From a virus, in the IMG/VR virus record IMGVR_UViG_3300033149_001989, positions 1 through 64,000 of that record: a stretch of 64,000 bases of DNA, one strand, 5' to 3'. How positions within the stretch are numbered: position 1 is the stretch's first letter; the number at the start of each line of letters is the position of its first letter. The notes beneath the pieces are model-generated. The model ran no database searches and was not told the origin of the DNA. It saw only the letters and a list, made by a program, of their open reading frames with translations. Of the stretch, positions 1 to 10,362 are shown piece after piece. Both the position numbers and the translations under genes were made by a program.

Positions 1-2174
1 CCAAGTGACCTTGCTAACGCTGTTAACCCCCCTAACCTACCAAGCTGTTCCCTGTATGCTTGGATAGTTTCAGCACCTACCAATCTAACTTGAGTTGGTC
101 TTTGAAACTCAGCACCTACACGGGCATATACTCCTGTCCTCCTAGCCTCAATTTCCCTCTGTAAAATATCAGCTATATATTGATTAACTCTTTCAATAGC
201 TTTTTGATACTTCTCTTCACCAGTAGATTCGTACAGGTCTTCTAATGCCTCTCTTACACTATCAATATCATCAATAGTAGCATCAACGTTCGCAAGCTTC
301 AAAATCTCTGGAAAATCGACTTTGAACTTATCAACAGCATCATTAAGCCCTTGTAATGTCTGATATGACTCAACAATTCTTGTGGCTAGTGTTGGGTCCC
401 ACCTTTGAATCAGTAACCACTTGTCTTCTGGTATTCTATCTACCGTTATTCCAAACTCTTCAAGTATTGGTCTCAACCTCTCTACAGCTTCAACGTGAGC
501 GGCATAACCATAAGAAACACCAAGCAACACATCATACCAAGCTTTAAAATCTTCGGATGTCTTATTAACCTGCTGACGCAATAATTCGTGAACTTTGGTT
601 TGTTCCCATTCCTTGAGACCTACACCACTAATAACAGCACCAGTCTCCGTCATCAACTCTCTAATTCTTGCTTGGGATTCGCTATACCTATTGTTAATAG
701 CCGCAAGGTCTCTTTTCCTCTCAACCTGCTCAGGAATCGCCTCAGCTATAGCTTCAAAAACTGCTTTTTCTTCACCAAGGGCTACATTCACTCCACGAAT
801 TGCTGTCATATATGCCTTTGCTTCATCAGAAAGTTCCTGCCAAGCAATGTAATCTTCTTTCTTAGCCGCTCTGTACTCTTCAATAGTAATAACGCCGTCC
901 ACAAGAGCTTGATTCAATTCATTAAGAGCACCAAGACCTTTCTTCCATTCTTCCTCACCTGGGCGACCAAACGGAGCAAACGCCGCTCCACCACCAAATG
1001 TCCATCCTAATCTAGCTTCACCAAGTTGAACACCAGACAGCAATCTTTTCCAAAATGGTTGTGCTTCTGCTACCCTTGCTTCAGGAAACTGGGGTGCCGC
1101 TAACACCGCCGCTCTTCTCGCTTCATCTACTGTTTTTTCAGCTTCATCAAAGAATCTGCTCATAACATCTTCCATATCAAGTGTAAAATCTTCTGCCATT
1201 TCCTGGAAAACTTTACGCAGTCTATCCTCTTGTGATATGAAAGCATCAGCCATTGTATGACCAATAAGCGTACCAATACCAGCACCTACAACCATACCAA
1301 TAGGACCAAACGCACCACCGATAGCAGTACCTATGCCCGCACCAATGGCAGATTGCCACTCACCAGTTAGACCATACGCCGCCGCACCAGCACCCACAGC
1401 ACCAATAGCTCTACCCATTCCACCAATAGGTGAGACCATTGCTCTTCCGACTCTTCCCCAAGTCATAGGAATAAAGGGTTGACCGCCAACAGAAGGTACA
1501 GGAGCAAACCTACCAGCCGCAGTTCTCCAAGCTCCACCTTTCCACATTATATTTTGAAGCTCTGGAACTCTACCAAATACCCTTGCTCTCATAAATCCTG
1601 GTAAAAGACCCGTCAACCCCAACATACCAACACGTGCCGCAACCCCTGGAGCAATGATACCAATACCTGCCGCTCCTGCTTCCGCCGCCGTTGTAAACCC
1701 TCCCGCTTGGATAGCTCTTATAGCCGCAGGTGAGTGAGCAACAGCCGCAGGAGCGATACCGCCGAAACGTCCTAACATAGACCCAACTCTTGGGCCTACA
1801 CCTAGCCACCCCATAGCAAGAGAAGCAATCTTAAGTGCTCCTAAAGTTCCCACCAAGAACATAATGGCTCTTCCAAGATTCCACACAATATCGGGTGCAC
1901 TTGAAAGCCTATCAAACACATTAGTAAGCCCTTGCAGTACCCCTGTCAAATCCTCAATAGCCCCTGTTTGCCGACCGAGAGTAAATAATGCTTTATTCTG
2001 AGCCGCTGTAAATTTATCAAATGTATTAGTCAAGGTCTCAACGATTTTTTCGTTAGCATCCATCGCTTGACCTTGAGCCTCCATACTGATATTTGAAACC
2101 CGCATTGCCGCATCCCAGTTATTTAGCAAAGCCAAGAACTGAGCATAACGCCTCTGACCAGCACCAGCCGCTTT
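1..2174 (-). CDS. Tape measure protein, downstream part (runs off the window; -1 frame relative to 2123..3118)
   Basis: Frame reads KAAGAGQRRYAQFLALLNNWDAAMRVSNISMEAQGQAMDANEKIVETL..., a typical continuation of a tape-measure core. The same frame still reads plausibly at position 1. It has no stop in the window, so the ORF track omits it. Confidence 0.85.
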
Positions 2175-3118
2175 TCCAACCAGACAGCTTCATCTAAAAC
2201 TCCAGCCATCTTCATAGCGGAAAGCTGAGTCATAACTTCCCAAAAACTCCGAACTTCACCTGTAGTATTTCTAACAGCAACACCATACTTCTGTAGAAGG
2301 TTAATTGAGCTTGGGTTATATAGAGTTGACATAATAGCCCTGATAGCATTACCTACCTGAACAGGACCCAAAGTAACAGTTTCACTCAAAGCCGCAATCA
2401 AACCATTAATCTGGTCAATAGTAAGACCAGCCGCTCTACCAGCATCCGCCATAATAGCAAAACCTTGTGATAGGTCATTAACAGACACCGCAGCATTCTT
2501 AGCCACCGCTACCCACTTATCAAGCAAGTCAATACCTCTATCAAGAGTTAGACCAGTCTGCCTCAAAGAACCAACCAGAATGTCAATAGCCTTCCCATAT
2601 TGCATACCAGTAATATTAGCAAGAGCAGATGCAGACTCCAACAAGCTAATAGCAGTTGCCGTCCTCTTTGCACCAGTACCAAGGTCAGCAGTAGCACGCA
2701 ATGCTAAATCCATACCTGTTAATGTTTCCTGAATAGGCATACCAAACTTAATAGCTACATCGGCTACTTGCATAAAGTATTGCTGTAGCTTTGAACCAAG
2801 GGCTTCCGTTGTGATACTAATCCTTGCAAGAGTTACTTCAAAGTCTCGCCAAACCTGGATAGTCTCGCTGAATTTACGGATAGCCCCGTAAACAGCCATA
2901 ATAGCTAACTGCCAAACAAGAACTTTTCTAGTAGCATTGTCAAACGTTCTACCAAGGTTCTCAAGCGTAATCCTACCACGCCCAGTAGCATCGGCAAAGG
3001 TTATCGCCGTCCTAGACGCATTTGCCATAGCCACATCCCACTGCTGTGTCGCCTTTGTAGCCTCACTAATCTTTTGAGCGTCAAAAGCCGCCTTTGTGGT
3101 TGGAATTCCTAATGCCAT
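2123..3118 (-). CDS. Tape measure protein, N-terminal part (TP901/PhageMin_Tail-like core), interrupted by a frameshift near 2175
   Basis: Ala-rich helical protein with core motifs (DKWVAVAKNAAVSVNDLSQG, QVGNAIRAI, GEVRSFWEVM); lies directly downstream of the tail chaperone genes. Confidence 0.9.
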   Translation of the reverse strand: MALGIPTTKAAFDAQKISEATKATQQWDVAMANASRTAITFADATGRGRITLENLGRTFDNATRKVLVWQLAIMAVYGAIRKFSETIQVWRDFEVTLARISITTEALGSKLQQYFMQVADVAIKFGMPIQETLTGMDLALRATADLGTGAKRTATAISLLESASALANITGMQYGKAIDILVGSLRQTGLTLDRGIDLLDKWVAVAKNAAVSVNDLSQGFAIMADAGRAAGLTIDQINGLIAALSETVTLGPVQVGNAIRAIMSTLYNPSSINLLQKYGVAVRNTTGEVRSFWEVMTQLSAMKMAGVLDEAVWLEKRLVLVRGVMLSSWLC

Positions 3119-3122
3119 ATCT

Positions 3123-3419
3123 CTATCTCTCTATTTCATCTTCATTCACAGGAAGACTAAATTCTATTTGTTTTTTACCATCGGAGAATGCTCTGTCGAA
3201 CCACTCATCAAGTTCAGAAGGTTTATCCCAAATAGAACGTGGGGGACGTTTATCTTCTGGAAGTTCTAAGTATGAATCAATCTGCATTCTCCTTTTAATA
3301 ACATAGTTTATTGAATGGGGATACTCTGATACTGATAATACACGTAAGCTCTCGTGGAGAGGGTATTTAAGCTCCTTGACAATGCGCCATACCCCCACAA
3401 ACGCATTGTCCTCCGCTAG
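3123..3419 (-). CDS. Tail assembly chaperone frameshift extension (gpT-like)
   Basis: Open in the -1 frame from the slippery heptamer A-AAA-AAC (3425-3419); lies between the chaperone and tape measure genes. Confidence 0.75.
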   Translation of the reverse strand, partial: LAEDNAFVGVWRIVKELKYPLHESLRVLSVSEYPHSINYVIKRRMQIDSYLELPEDKRPPRSIWDKPSELDEWFDRAFSDGKKQIEFSLPVNEDEIER

Positions 3420-3449
3420 TTTTTTAACTCTTCACCTGTAAGTTCAAGA

Positions 3450-4106
3450 TTAACACGCCTTTAACAGTTGATTTTTCAACTGAGGAGCACACTCTTCAAA
3501 TTCCTCATAAGAATCAAAAGCGGGTTGGGTGAACTTAGCATCATTAAATGTTCCTTTATAAACCTGATACTCCCTAAATACTCTAGTAAACTCTTCGACA
3601 CACTTCATATTTATAACAGAGTGAGTATACATTTCACGAAGTTTGCCTATATCCTCAATCTTATCTAGCTCCGCTCTCCTCTCTTCTGCCCTATTCTCAA
3701 TAAAATCAGATATAAACTTGGTACGTTCGTTTCTTATTTCTTCTAACTTGGTCTCGTAATTTTCTTGTTGTTCTAATGTTGGATTATCGGGAAGTTCTGG
3801 AAGACCCTTTTCAGGGGCTTGAAGCAAAGCTTCATCTCTGTAATCTGGAAGTTCACCAAAGCTAATCCCCATTATTAACTCATCCCTTGTTAATGAATCT
3901 ATATCCAAGAAATTTGATTTGTGCTCCTCCGAATTGGGGTCTCTTAGCCTTATCCTTAATTCTTTGCTTCTCCTAAGTGCAACACTTTTTGCTTCCTGAA
4001 AATCGGCATCACCGACCAGCCTCACGTAAACAGTTGCTAAAGTGCTGTCACCTTCCGTTATATCTACTTTCCTATGCCAACGAAATAATTTTGATAATTT
4101 TCCCAT
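3450..4106 (-). CDS. Tail assembly chaperone (gpG-like); likely true end at 3416 if a 2-nt deletion near 3455 is repaired
   Basis: Follows the major tail gene; ATG 4106 has a GAGGAGAGG RBS; acidic helical protein; the shifted frame continues VNLELTGEELKN* over the slippery site. Confidence 0.75.
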   Translation of the reverse strand: MGKLSKLFRWHRKVDITEGDSTLATVYVRLVGDADFQEAKSVALRRSKELRIRLRDPNSEEHKSNFLDIDSLTRDELIMGISFGELPDYRDEALLQAPEKGLPELPDNPTLEQQENYETKLEEIRNERTKFISDFIENRAEERRAELDKIEDIGKLREMYTHSVINMKCVEEFTRVFREYQVYKGTFNDAKFTQPAFDSYEEFEECAPQLKNQLLKAC

Positions 4107-4124
4107 TTTCCTCTCCTCACTGTA

Positions 4125-4173
4125 AAAATAAAGGGAAGCCTTCATAACATAATATGCCATTAAAGACTTCCCT
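4125..4173 (-). terminator. Intrinsic terminator after the major tail gene
   Basis: Stem AGGGAAGTCTT...AAGGCTTCCCT followed by TTATTTTT on the minus strand. Confidence 0.6.
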
Positions 4174-4234
4174 AATAACCTGGTGCGTACACCAAATTCC
4201 TTTTAAATCTTTGTTTAAGTTTTTAATTAATTGC

Positions 4235-5404
4235 CTAGCTTGAGGCACCACTGTAAACAATGCACTGTGCGTCATTACTCATAAATGAGAATGTTTGAGT
4301 CAACTGACCCCCCACATTAGCAGTTGTTCCATCTGAAGTAATCCTCATATTAGGAATTCTAACTGTCTTTCGAATTGTTGTATTGTCCGCAGGGTCTTTC
4401 AGCTGTACTTCCAGAGCCAATGTTCTCTCTTCGTACTCGCTAACCCCGTACTCACCGTAACCATCACTGTCATCCTTGCTACCAGTAGTAAGCAAGGCTA
4501 CTATTTCATTATCAGTATCAAGAACAGTAATATCACCACTAATATCTGGTGGGTCAACAACGTAACCAACCACTGAGATATTACCCATCTCCACAACCTT
4601 AGTGTTAGGAAAGGTTCCCCTAATAGTAACACTCTGTACTCTGTACATATGCTCAACACCAATTGTTACAGGAACGTTCTTACCTCTAATAGCCACAGGA
4701 ACGGTTGAGTCACTAATATCAGACCAACTTAACACACCGCTCTGAGTATGATATACGGCTAAGATAGTCTCAGTAGTACCACCACTTACCGTAACCGTAG
4801 TACCAGAAACACTATACTCCGCTCCCTCCTCTAACCAATCTCCATCAACGATACAACTTAACAAGTAGTCGTTATTCTTTAACTGATTTGGGTTGTAGGT
4901 CAAAGAGAATGTTCCGCCACTCAGGTTACCAGAATCAACTACAACATCGTACGCAAAATATCTCTTCTCACTGCCAGCACAACTGTATTCTTCAGTACTC
5001 TCACCGTCAACACTATAAGTATAAGTAAAATCAGTGATTCTCATATACTTAGCGTGAATACACTTAAGCATCTCAGCCACACTTGCTTCCTTAACATAAG
5101 CAATAAGGTCACAAAATCCAAGATTACTTACATCCACACCAGCAACTGGGTAAGCATCTGGGTCTTCACCAACCAAATATGAGAAAATCTTGTGTGACAC
5201 ATCAAACGCTTGGAATGTGGCAGTAATTTCTGGAATATCAGTAATGACACCAGCGTGCTGCGAGTTACCAAGCTCGTTGATTGTAGTATTTGGCAAGTTA
5301 GCAGGTATATCTAACCTTTGAACACGGTGTGCATAAAAGTCAGCAGAAGGACCAACAATTCTAAGCTTTACCTCTTTATACGGTACTGCTACCCTCTTTG
5401 TCAT
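4235..5404 (-). CDS. Major tail (tube) protein
   Basis: 389 aa, beta-rich and acidic; strong RBS; synteny tail terminator - tail tube - chaperones - tape measure. Confidence 0.75.
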   Translation of the reverse strand: MTKRVAVPYKEVKLRIVGPSADFYAHRVQRLDIPANLPNTTINELGNSQHAGVITDIPEITATFQAFDVSHKIFSYLVGEDPDAYPVAGVDVSNLGFCDLIAYVKEASVAEMLKCIHAKYMRITDFTYTYSVDGESTEEYSCAGSEKRYFAYDVVVDSGNLSGGTFSLTYNPNQLKNNDYLLSCIVDGDWLEEGAEYSVSGTTVTVSGGTTETILAVYHTQSGVLSWSDISDSTVPVAIRGKNVPVTIGVEHMYRVQSVTIRGTFPNTKVVEMGNISVVGYVVDPPDISGDITVLDTDNEIVALLTTGSKDDSDGYGEYGVSEYEERTLALEVQLKDPADNTTIRKTVRIPNMRITSDGTTANVGGQLTQTFSFMSNDAQCIVYSGASS

Positions 5405-5588
5405 CGTATCTCCTCAATCCAATCTCTCAAATAAACCGTTTTACCAGTTAACCCATAATCCACGATAAATCCACACCTTTAATTAACCCGAATTTCGTTC
5501 TTCCACACCGAGAGATTTATTAACCTTTTAATTTTATTCCTAATCCAATCCAACCTTACAACCTTGCCCACCTTCTCCAAACCACTCC

Positions 5589-6092
5589 CTAACTCGCTTG
5601 AGTAGAAACAGTTTCAAAAGAAACCGTAGACCTCCAATACTTAATCTTAGAATAGAAATTGAATGCGTGTGTAGGTCGTATTGTCCGATTTTCTGGATTC
5701 ATATATTCAACTATACTTAATTCAGTTCCAGCCAAACTTAAACCTGTTGCTTTCCTATACCCAGAAGAATAATCTCTAATCGGAATAGCCACATCAAGAG
5801 CATTAAATATTTTGTCAGCTAAATCATCCCTCTGAACATCGTTATTAGCAAAAACGTCAATTGACCAACTACGTCTGTACCAATTAGCCCCTAATTCACC
5901 AGGTTCTTCAGATGTCAACATTACTTCTATAGCCACAGTTGGTAAAGTTAAAGTTCCTTCTTCAATATCATTGTAAGGATAACCATCTACAACCCTTGCT
6001 ATATCACCAATTGTAGTACTATCGTCAACCTCAATACTTTTGATGAAGAAGTAAACACTTAAATCTTCATTATGAAACTTACCTGTAGCCAT
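5589..6092 (-). CDS. Tail terminator / tail completion protein
   Basis: Motif WSIDVFANNDVQRDDLADKIFNAL; located just upstream of the major tail gene. Confidence 0.6.
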   Translation of the reverse strand: MATGKFHNEDLSVYFFIKSIEVDDSTTIGDIARVVDGYPYNDIEEGTLTLPTVAIEVMLTSEEPGELGANWYRRSWSIDVFANNDVQRDDLADKIFNALDVAIPIRDYSSGYRKATGLSLAGTELSIVEYMNPENRTIRPTHAFNFYSKIKYWRSTVSFETVSTQAS

Positions 6093-6105
6093 TTTTCACC
6101 TTTCC

Positions 6106-6366
6106 TTACGTAAATATCAAAGCCATTATAACCGATACAGCAATAGCAACTGTAACACCGATAGTTCTACTAAAACACTTTCTTATGTCCTTAGCCAATC
6201 CATTCACTTCTTCAGAAGTAGCCAGACCACCATTAAAAGACAGCGAACCAAAGGATGCCAAAATAACATCCTTAGTAGTGCAATTCTCGATTCCTTTTTC
6301 GGCTATTTTAGTAATCGCTTTTTGTATAGCACTCGCTAAAATACCATTTTGCTCTCTTGATTCCAT
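6106..6366 (-). CDS. Small protein with C-terminal transmembrane helix
   Basis: Hydrophobic C-terminus TIGVTVAIAVSVIMALIFT; GAGGAG RBS. Confidence 0.55.
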   Translation of the reverse strand: MESREQNGILASAIQKAITKIAEKGIENCTTKDVILASFGSLSFNGGLATSEEVNGLAKDIRKCFSRTIGVTVAIAVSVIMALIFT

Positions 6367-6375
6367 AATTTTCTC

Positions 6376-7242
6376 CTATCTCGGAAGCCAACCGTGCCAG
6401 GTCTTCAAAACATCTCCTGTTGGTGAAAGAACATAACCAGAACCAAAGGGTAATCTATTTCTAGTAGTAAGAGATTTTTTAAGAACAAAGATAATATTAC
6501 CCTTCCGTGACACCCACGAGAAACCACTAACTAATGTACCAGCCACAACAACCTGCGATTCCACCATCCGTTCAACAATCATATATGACCTTACCAGCGG
6601 TTCAACCTTAACCATAACTCTATGAAAAGCCGCTCTCATTTCCCTATTATAATAAGGTTTCATTGTTTCCAACGTATGCTTTCCAGAATGCGTTGGATAC
6701 GCTGGATACATATCATTACCAGTTTCAATTAACTCAGCAAAGGGTGCAATACTCTGACTTGCCATCATTGATAATCTCTGTTGAAGAGTATCACCAATTC
6801 TATCATCCTCTCCACGACGCCATCTATTATAAAAAGAAACCCACGCTCCTAAATTACCCGTTCCTCTAGGATACACTGCGTGCTGTATTTCTTGCAATTC
6901 TCGTAATCCACCAAGAGCGTCAGTATCAATAAACTTAGCCTGCACCAACTTAGGACCCCACTTAACTCCAATATGTATAGGAGATGATAAAGCCGCCTCC
7001 AAGACTGACCAATAATTAAGTACAGAATACTCTTCAATATCAAATATATCCTTGCGAAATTGTTGTTTAACTATAGAATTTAAATTTTTGGCTGCAATCA
7101 ATACATCTGCTTCAATAATAGTCATCACCAAGGTAATAAGCCTAGGATAACTCTTCATTGTTGGATTGGCACCAAAATAATGCAAAATCGCTTGTGGATA
7201 AAACAATGATATATTATGAGTAAATCTAGGACCCCAACCCAT
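6376..7242 (-). CDS. Hypothetical virion morphogenesis protein
   Basis: 288 aa ORF, translationally coupled within the head-tail gene block. Confidence 0.55.
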   Translation of the reverse strand: MGWGPRFTHNISLFYPQAILHYFGANPTMKSYPRLITLVMTIIEADVLIAAKNLNSIVKQQFRKDIFDIEEYSVLNYWSVLEAALSSPIHIGVKWGPKLVQAKFIDTDALGGLRELQEIQHAVYPRGTGNLGAWVSFYNRWRRGEDDRIGDTLQQRLSMMASQSIAPFAELIETGNDMYPAYPTHSGKHTLETMKPYYNREMRAAFHRVMVKVEPLVRSYMIVERMVESQVVVAGTLVSGFSWVSRKGNIIFVLKKSLTTRNRLPFGSGYVLSPTGDVLKTWHGWLPR

Positions 7243-7466
7243 TAGTCCTCCTCAATACCTTCCACACTAATTCCTACGATAGTGAACATACTCCTTGTAT
7301 AACTATTTATATTATCCAGAAAAATCTTTCTTACTGATTTAAACAACTCTTGGTCATCAATTATTTCTTCAAGGTCGTTAAGTGCAATAGCGCAGTACCT
7401 CTTTTTCTTCTTCTGGATAAGTTTTATAATTTCTAATTCCTCTAAACCTTGAAAATCTTTTCCCAT
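7242..7466 (-). CDS. Hypothetical protein
   Basis: Start MGKDFQ after an AGGAG RBS; tightly packed in the operon. Confidence 0.6.
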   Translation of the reverse strand: MGKDFQGLEELEIIKLIQKKKKRYCAIALNDLEEIIDDQELFKSVRKIFLDNINSYTRSMFTIVGISVEGIEED

Positions 7467-7470
7467 TCCT

Positions 7471-7938
7471 TTACTCCTTACCCCACTCTTTACAAACAAA
7501 CCTTATACGGTCTCTACTTGGAACTCCCCTATAAATCGTTCTATAAACTTGTAGCCTACGTGAATCGGCTCTCACTTCTTTTATCTTTGCAATGTTAGCC
7601 TCAGATAAATCATTTATATTAATAGTTATAGTACAATCACCTTCTGGAATTTCTCCACCAACCGTATAATCAGGTTCATCCTGTCTCCTCCATCTTACGT
7701 GTGCAACAACCCCAGACAGAACGTCAGACGAATCTAACCAATATCTACCCTCACAAGTTGGGCAATACGGATTCAAGCTTGACTCATTAACACCATCATA
7801 TAGATTGGCACCACTACAAACAGGACACGCTGTGGGGTCACCTTCCAATACAAAAGTTACTGTTTGCCCGATTGCGCTCCTAATTTCATCTTTAATCACC
7901 TTAGTTGAGGGAAACTTTATTATCATCTCTTTGTTCAC
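7471..7938 (-). CDS. Putative head closure / head-tail joining protein with two CxxC motifs
   Basis: CPVC...CPTC insert in a beta-rich connector-like sequence; synteny. Confidence 0.5.
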   Translation of the reverse strand: MNKEMIIKFPSTKVIKDEIRSAIGQTVTFVLEGDPTACPVCSGANLYDGVNESSLNPYCPTCEGRYWLDSSDVLSGVVAHVRWRRQDEPDYTVGGEIPEGDCTITININDLSEANIAKIKEVRADSRRLQVYRTIYRGVPSRDRIRFVCKEWGKE

Positions 7939-9214
7939 CAGCGGCTGATAGTTTATCTGCCTCTTCAGAGGATTCTGGTATTTCTTTCATTATTTTCTCA
8001 TCAACAGAGAACTTCTTGGATAATGATTCGTTACCAGCATTTAGAACCTCATTAATCATAATATCAAACTGATTAGCAATATACTCCCAAGTAAACTCGT
8101 TACGATGAACATATTCATACGCTTTCTGAGCATACGTATCCAATTTATCTCTATGATGGTAAAGGTCATCAAGTATTGCCACCATACTTTCCAAATCAAT
8201 AACACCACCCTCAGTATTAATACCACCAGTTAAAACTTCCCAACGAGCAATGTCAATAAGTGGTGCCTTGCCTTCCCACAACTCCTTAGTAGCCGAGTGA
8301 TTAGGAACAACCTGCGCCACCCCACACGCTGCACTCTCAAACGGGCTTAGCCCAAAACCCTCCCCCATAGATGTCATAATATGAACATCGGCGCAATTGT
8401 AAATTTTACATAACATGGATAGTGGTACACCACGTGCAGGTGTCATACTGCTTTGGTCTGTAATAAGAAACCTATCATCAATACCCCACCTCTTAGCAAG
8501 AGATATTAAATTCCAGCCAACGTCCCTTAAAGTACCATGATAATATAACCTTATATTGTCCCTATCCGATTTAGGTAGTCTATCAAGCCAAATCTGCATT
8601 CCTTTAAGAAACAGGTCTAATCTTTTTCGTGGTTGATTTCTATTTACATTCTGAACTACGAAGGAATCTTCTGGAATATTAGCCAAGAACCTTCTAGCAT
8701 CATCCATCTGATAGAACTCGTCAGTGTCTACACCGTGACCCACCACATCAATCTTAATATCACTATTAGCATCTAGTATACCACGCTTTGCAAATTGCGT
8801 ATATGTAGTAACACGAGCGTTAACTTTTTCCAAGTTATCTACCCATACCTTATCAACAGGTAACGCATCCACTGGAGAATACGTGATAATTCTATTATTC
8901 TCTGGAATGAACTTAATGTATTCTGATAAAATCCACAAATCATTAAGTAGAATAATAACATCAGGTTTTTCCCTTGCAATTACCTCTTCAACCCTATCAA
9001 ACCCATAAATATTACCCCTCGCTCTGGCGGGGTAAATTCTAATCATACCCTCATAGCGGTGCGGGTCACCTATCGGATGATTTATTCCTAAAACCGATAC
9101 TTGATAATTCCCCGTCTGTATCAACCCTTCTAAAATACCTTGAGCAACTCTTCCGAAACCCGTAGTAACGGCTGGCGAATCTCCAATCCAAAGAAGTTTA
9201 ATTTTTCCACTCAT
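7901..9214 (-). CDS. Glycosyltransferase, GT-B fold (GT4-like)
   Basis: LWIGDSPAVTTGF N-terminus, NRNQPRKRLD, and GEGFGLSPFESAACG (EX7E motif). Confidence 0.92.
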   Translation of the reverse strand: MSGKIKLLWIGDSPAVTTGFGRVAQGILEGLIQTGNYQVSVLGINHPIGDPHRYEGMIRIYPARARGNIYGFDRVEEVIAREKPDVIILLNDLWILSEYIKFIPENNRIITYSPVDALPVDKVWVDNLEKVNARVTTYTQFAKRGILDANSDIKIDVVGHGVDTDEFYQMDDARRFLANIPEDSFVVQNVNRNQPRKRLDLFLKGMQIWLDRLPKSDRDNIRLYYHGTLRDVGWNLISLAKRWGIDDRFLITDQSSMTPARGVPLSMLCKIYNCADVHIMTSMGEGFGLSPFESAACGVAQVVPNHSATKELWEGKAPLIDIARWEVLTGGINTEGGVIDLESMVAILDDLYHHRDKLDTYAQKAYEYVHRNEFTWEYIANQFDIMINEVLNAGNESLSKKFSVDEKIMKEIPESSEEADKLSAAGEQRDDNKVSLN

Positions 9215-9543
9215 AATCCAATCCCTTCCTTATTTTTCTTATATCTTTTCTAAATAGCACTTCAAGGTTGTGTGTTAAAGAAAACTCACTTGTTTTATAT
9301 TCTTTATCATTATAATCACACTTTATTTCTATCCACTTATCAAAGTTTGGAAGATAAAAGTCTGGTATATAATAACAATTAGTTAATTTGAAGACTATTG
9401 GTTCATATAACCAATTTTCCACCAATTACTGCACCACGTGCCTTTTGATACCACTCCCGTGAACAATACTTAAACGATTGGTTAGGATTAGCATATACTT
9501 CTTTAGTTTTACCACAATGTTCACAAGTAACTGTTACTTTCAT
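9198..9543 (-). pseudogene. Decayed zinc-ribbon plus PD-(D/E)xK (homing-type) endonuclease
   Basis: CEHCGK...KYCSREW in one frame and WLYEP...YIPDFYLP...WIEIK in another; the middle portion appears to be missing. Confidence 0.55.
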
Positions 9544-9547
9544 TTTG

Positions 9548-10249
9548 TTACCACGCTGTCCTTTTTGCTCTAATAACACGTGGAACATTTACTATCTCGT
9601 GATTAGGTTTAATCAAAATAAGCATATAACACGCATTACCGTGATACTTTAATGATACACAAGAAAAAGCATTAGGAAATTGTGATTTTGGTTTCTTATA
9701 TTTATGATACAACCTAATTGGATTATGAAGATGCCCAAAATATACCGCCCTAAGATTATTACTCAAGCAAACTTCATTTTCACGGGGTTCTATAGCATAT
9801 GGGTGATGTGAAAATACTAAGTGATACTTATCATTAGATTTAAATCTATCAATTAACCACTCATACTGCTCTGGGTCTTCTTTTTTCAGAACATCGTTCC
9901 AACCAACTGCGAACCTATGCTTCATAAATGATGTATCTAAGAAGTCAATACAATACCCATTTAAATCGAGCGATTTCAAACGTACCACTCCAAAGTATCC
10001 ATTAAAAAGTTCACCATTATCGTAATCACCAGGAAGAACAACAGTCCTATGCCTAATCTTATTTAATGTGTTACTTGCCACCTTGTATAATTCATTATCA
10101 TTAAAATGAACTGTATCACCAGTGACCACAACCAGGTCAACATCCTCGCTGTTAATCGAATCAACCATCGGAGCCAACAAATTGCTGTGTGGTTTAATGT
10201 GTAAATCAGATATTTGAAGTATCTTCAAAGCGAATCCTTCCCTATCCAT
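9548..10249 (-). CDS. Calcineurin-like metallophosphoesterase
   Basis: ISDLH, VTGD, PGDYD (variant of GNHD), SHHP and GHLH motifs. Confidence 0.88.
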   Translation of the reverse strand: MDREGFALKILQISDLHIKPHSNLLAPMVDSINSEDVDLVVVTGDTVHFNDNELYKVASNTLNKIRHRTVVLPGDYDNGELFNGYFGVVRLKSLDLNGYCIDFLDTSFMKHRFAVGWNDVLKKEDPEQYEWLIDRFKSNDKYHLVFSHHPYAIEPRENEVCLSNNLRAVYFGHLHNPIRLYHKYKKPKSQFPNAFSCVSLKYHGNACYMLILIKPNHEIVNVPRVIRAKRTAW

Positions 10250-10362
10250 AAATTATCTCCTAAACAATTAATGCAGTAGCAAGGACTTTCTCCCTGGTAC
10301 TGTAAGATATTTTATTAGACATTATTTAATTGATGCCTTACACACCAATAATTAGCACTACA

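Noticed and set aside
6106-6366. Holin call
   Set aside because: Only one C-terminal hydrophobic helix and no adjacent endolysin; insufficient evidence.
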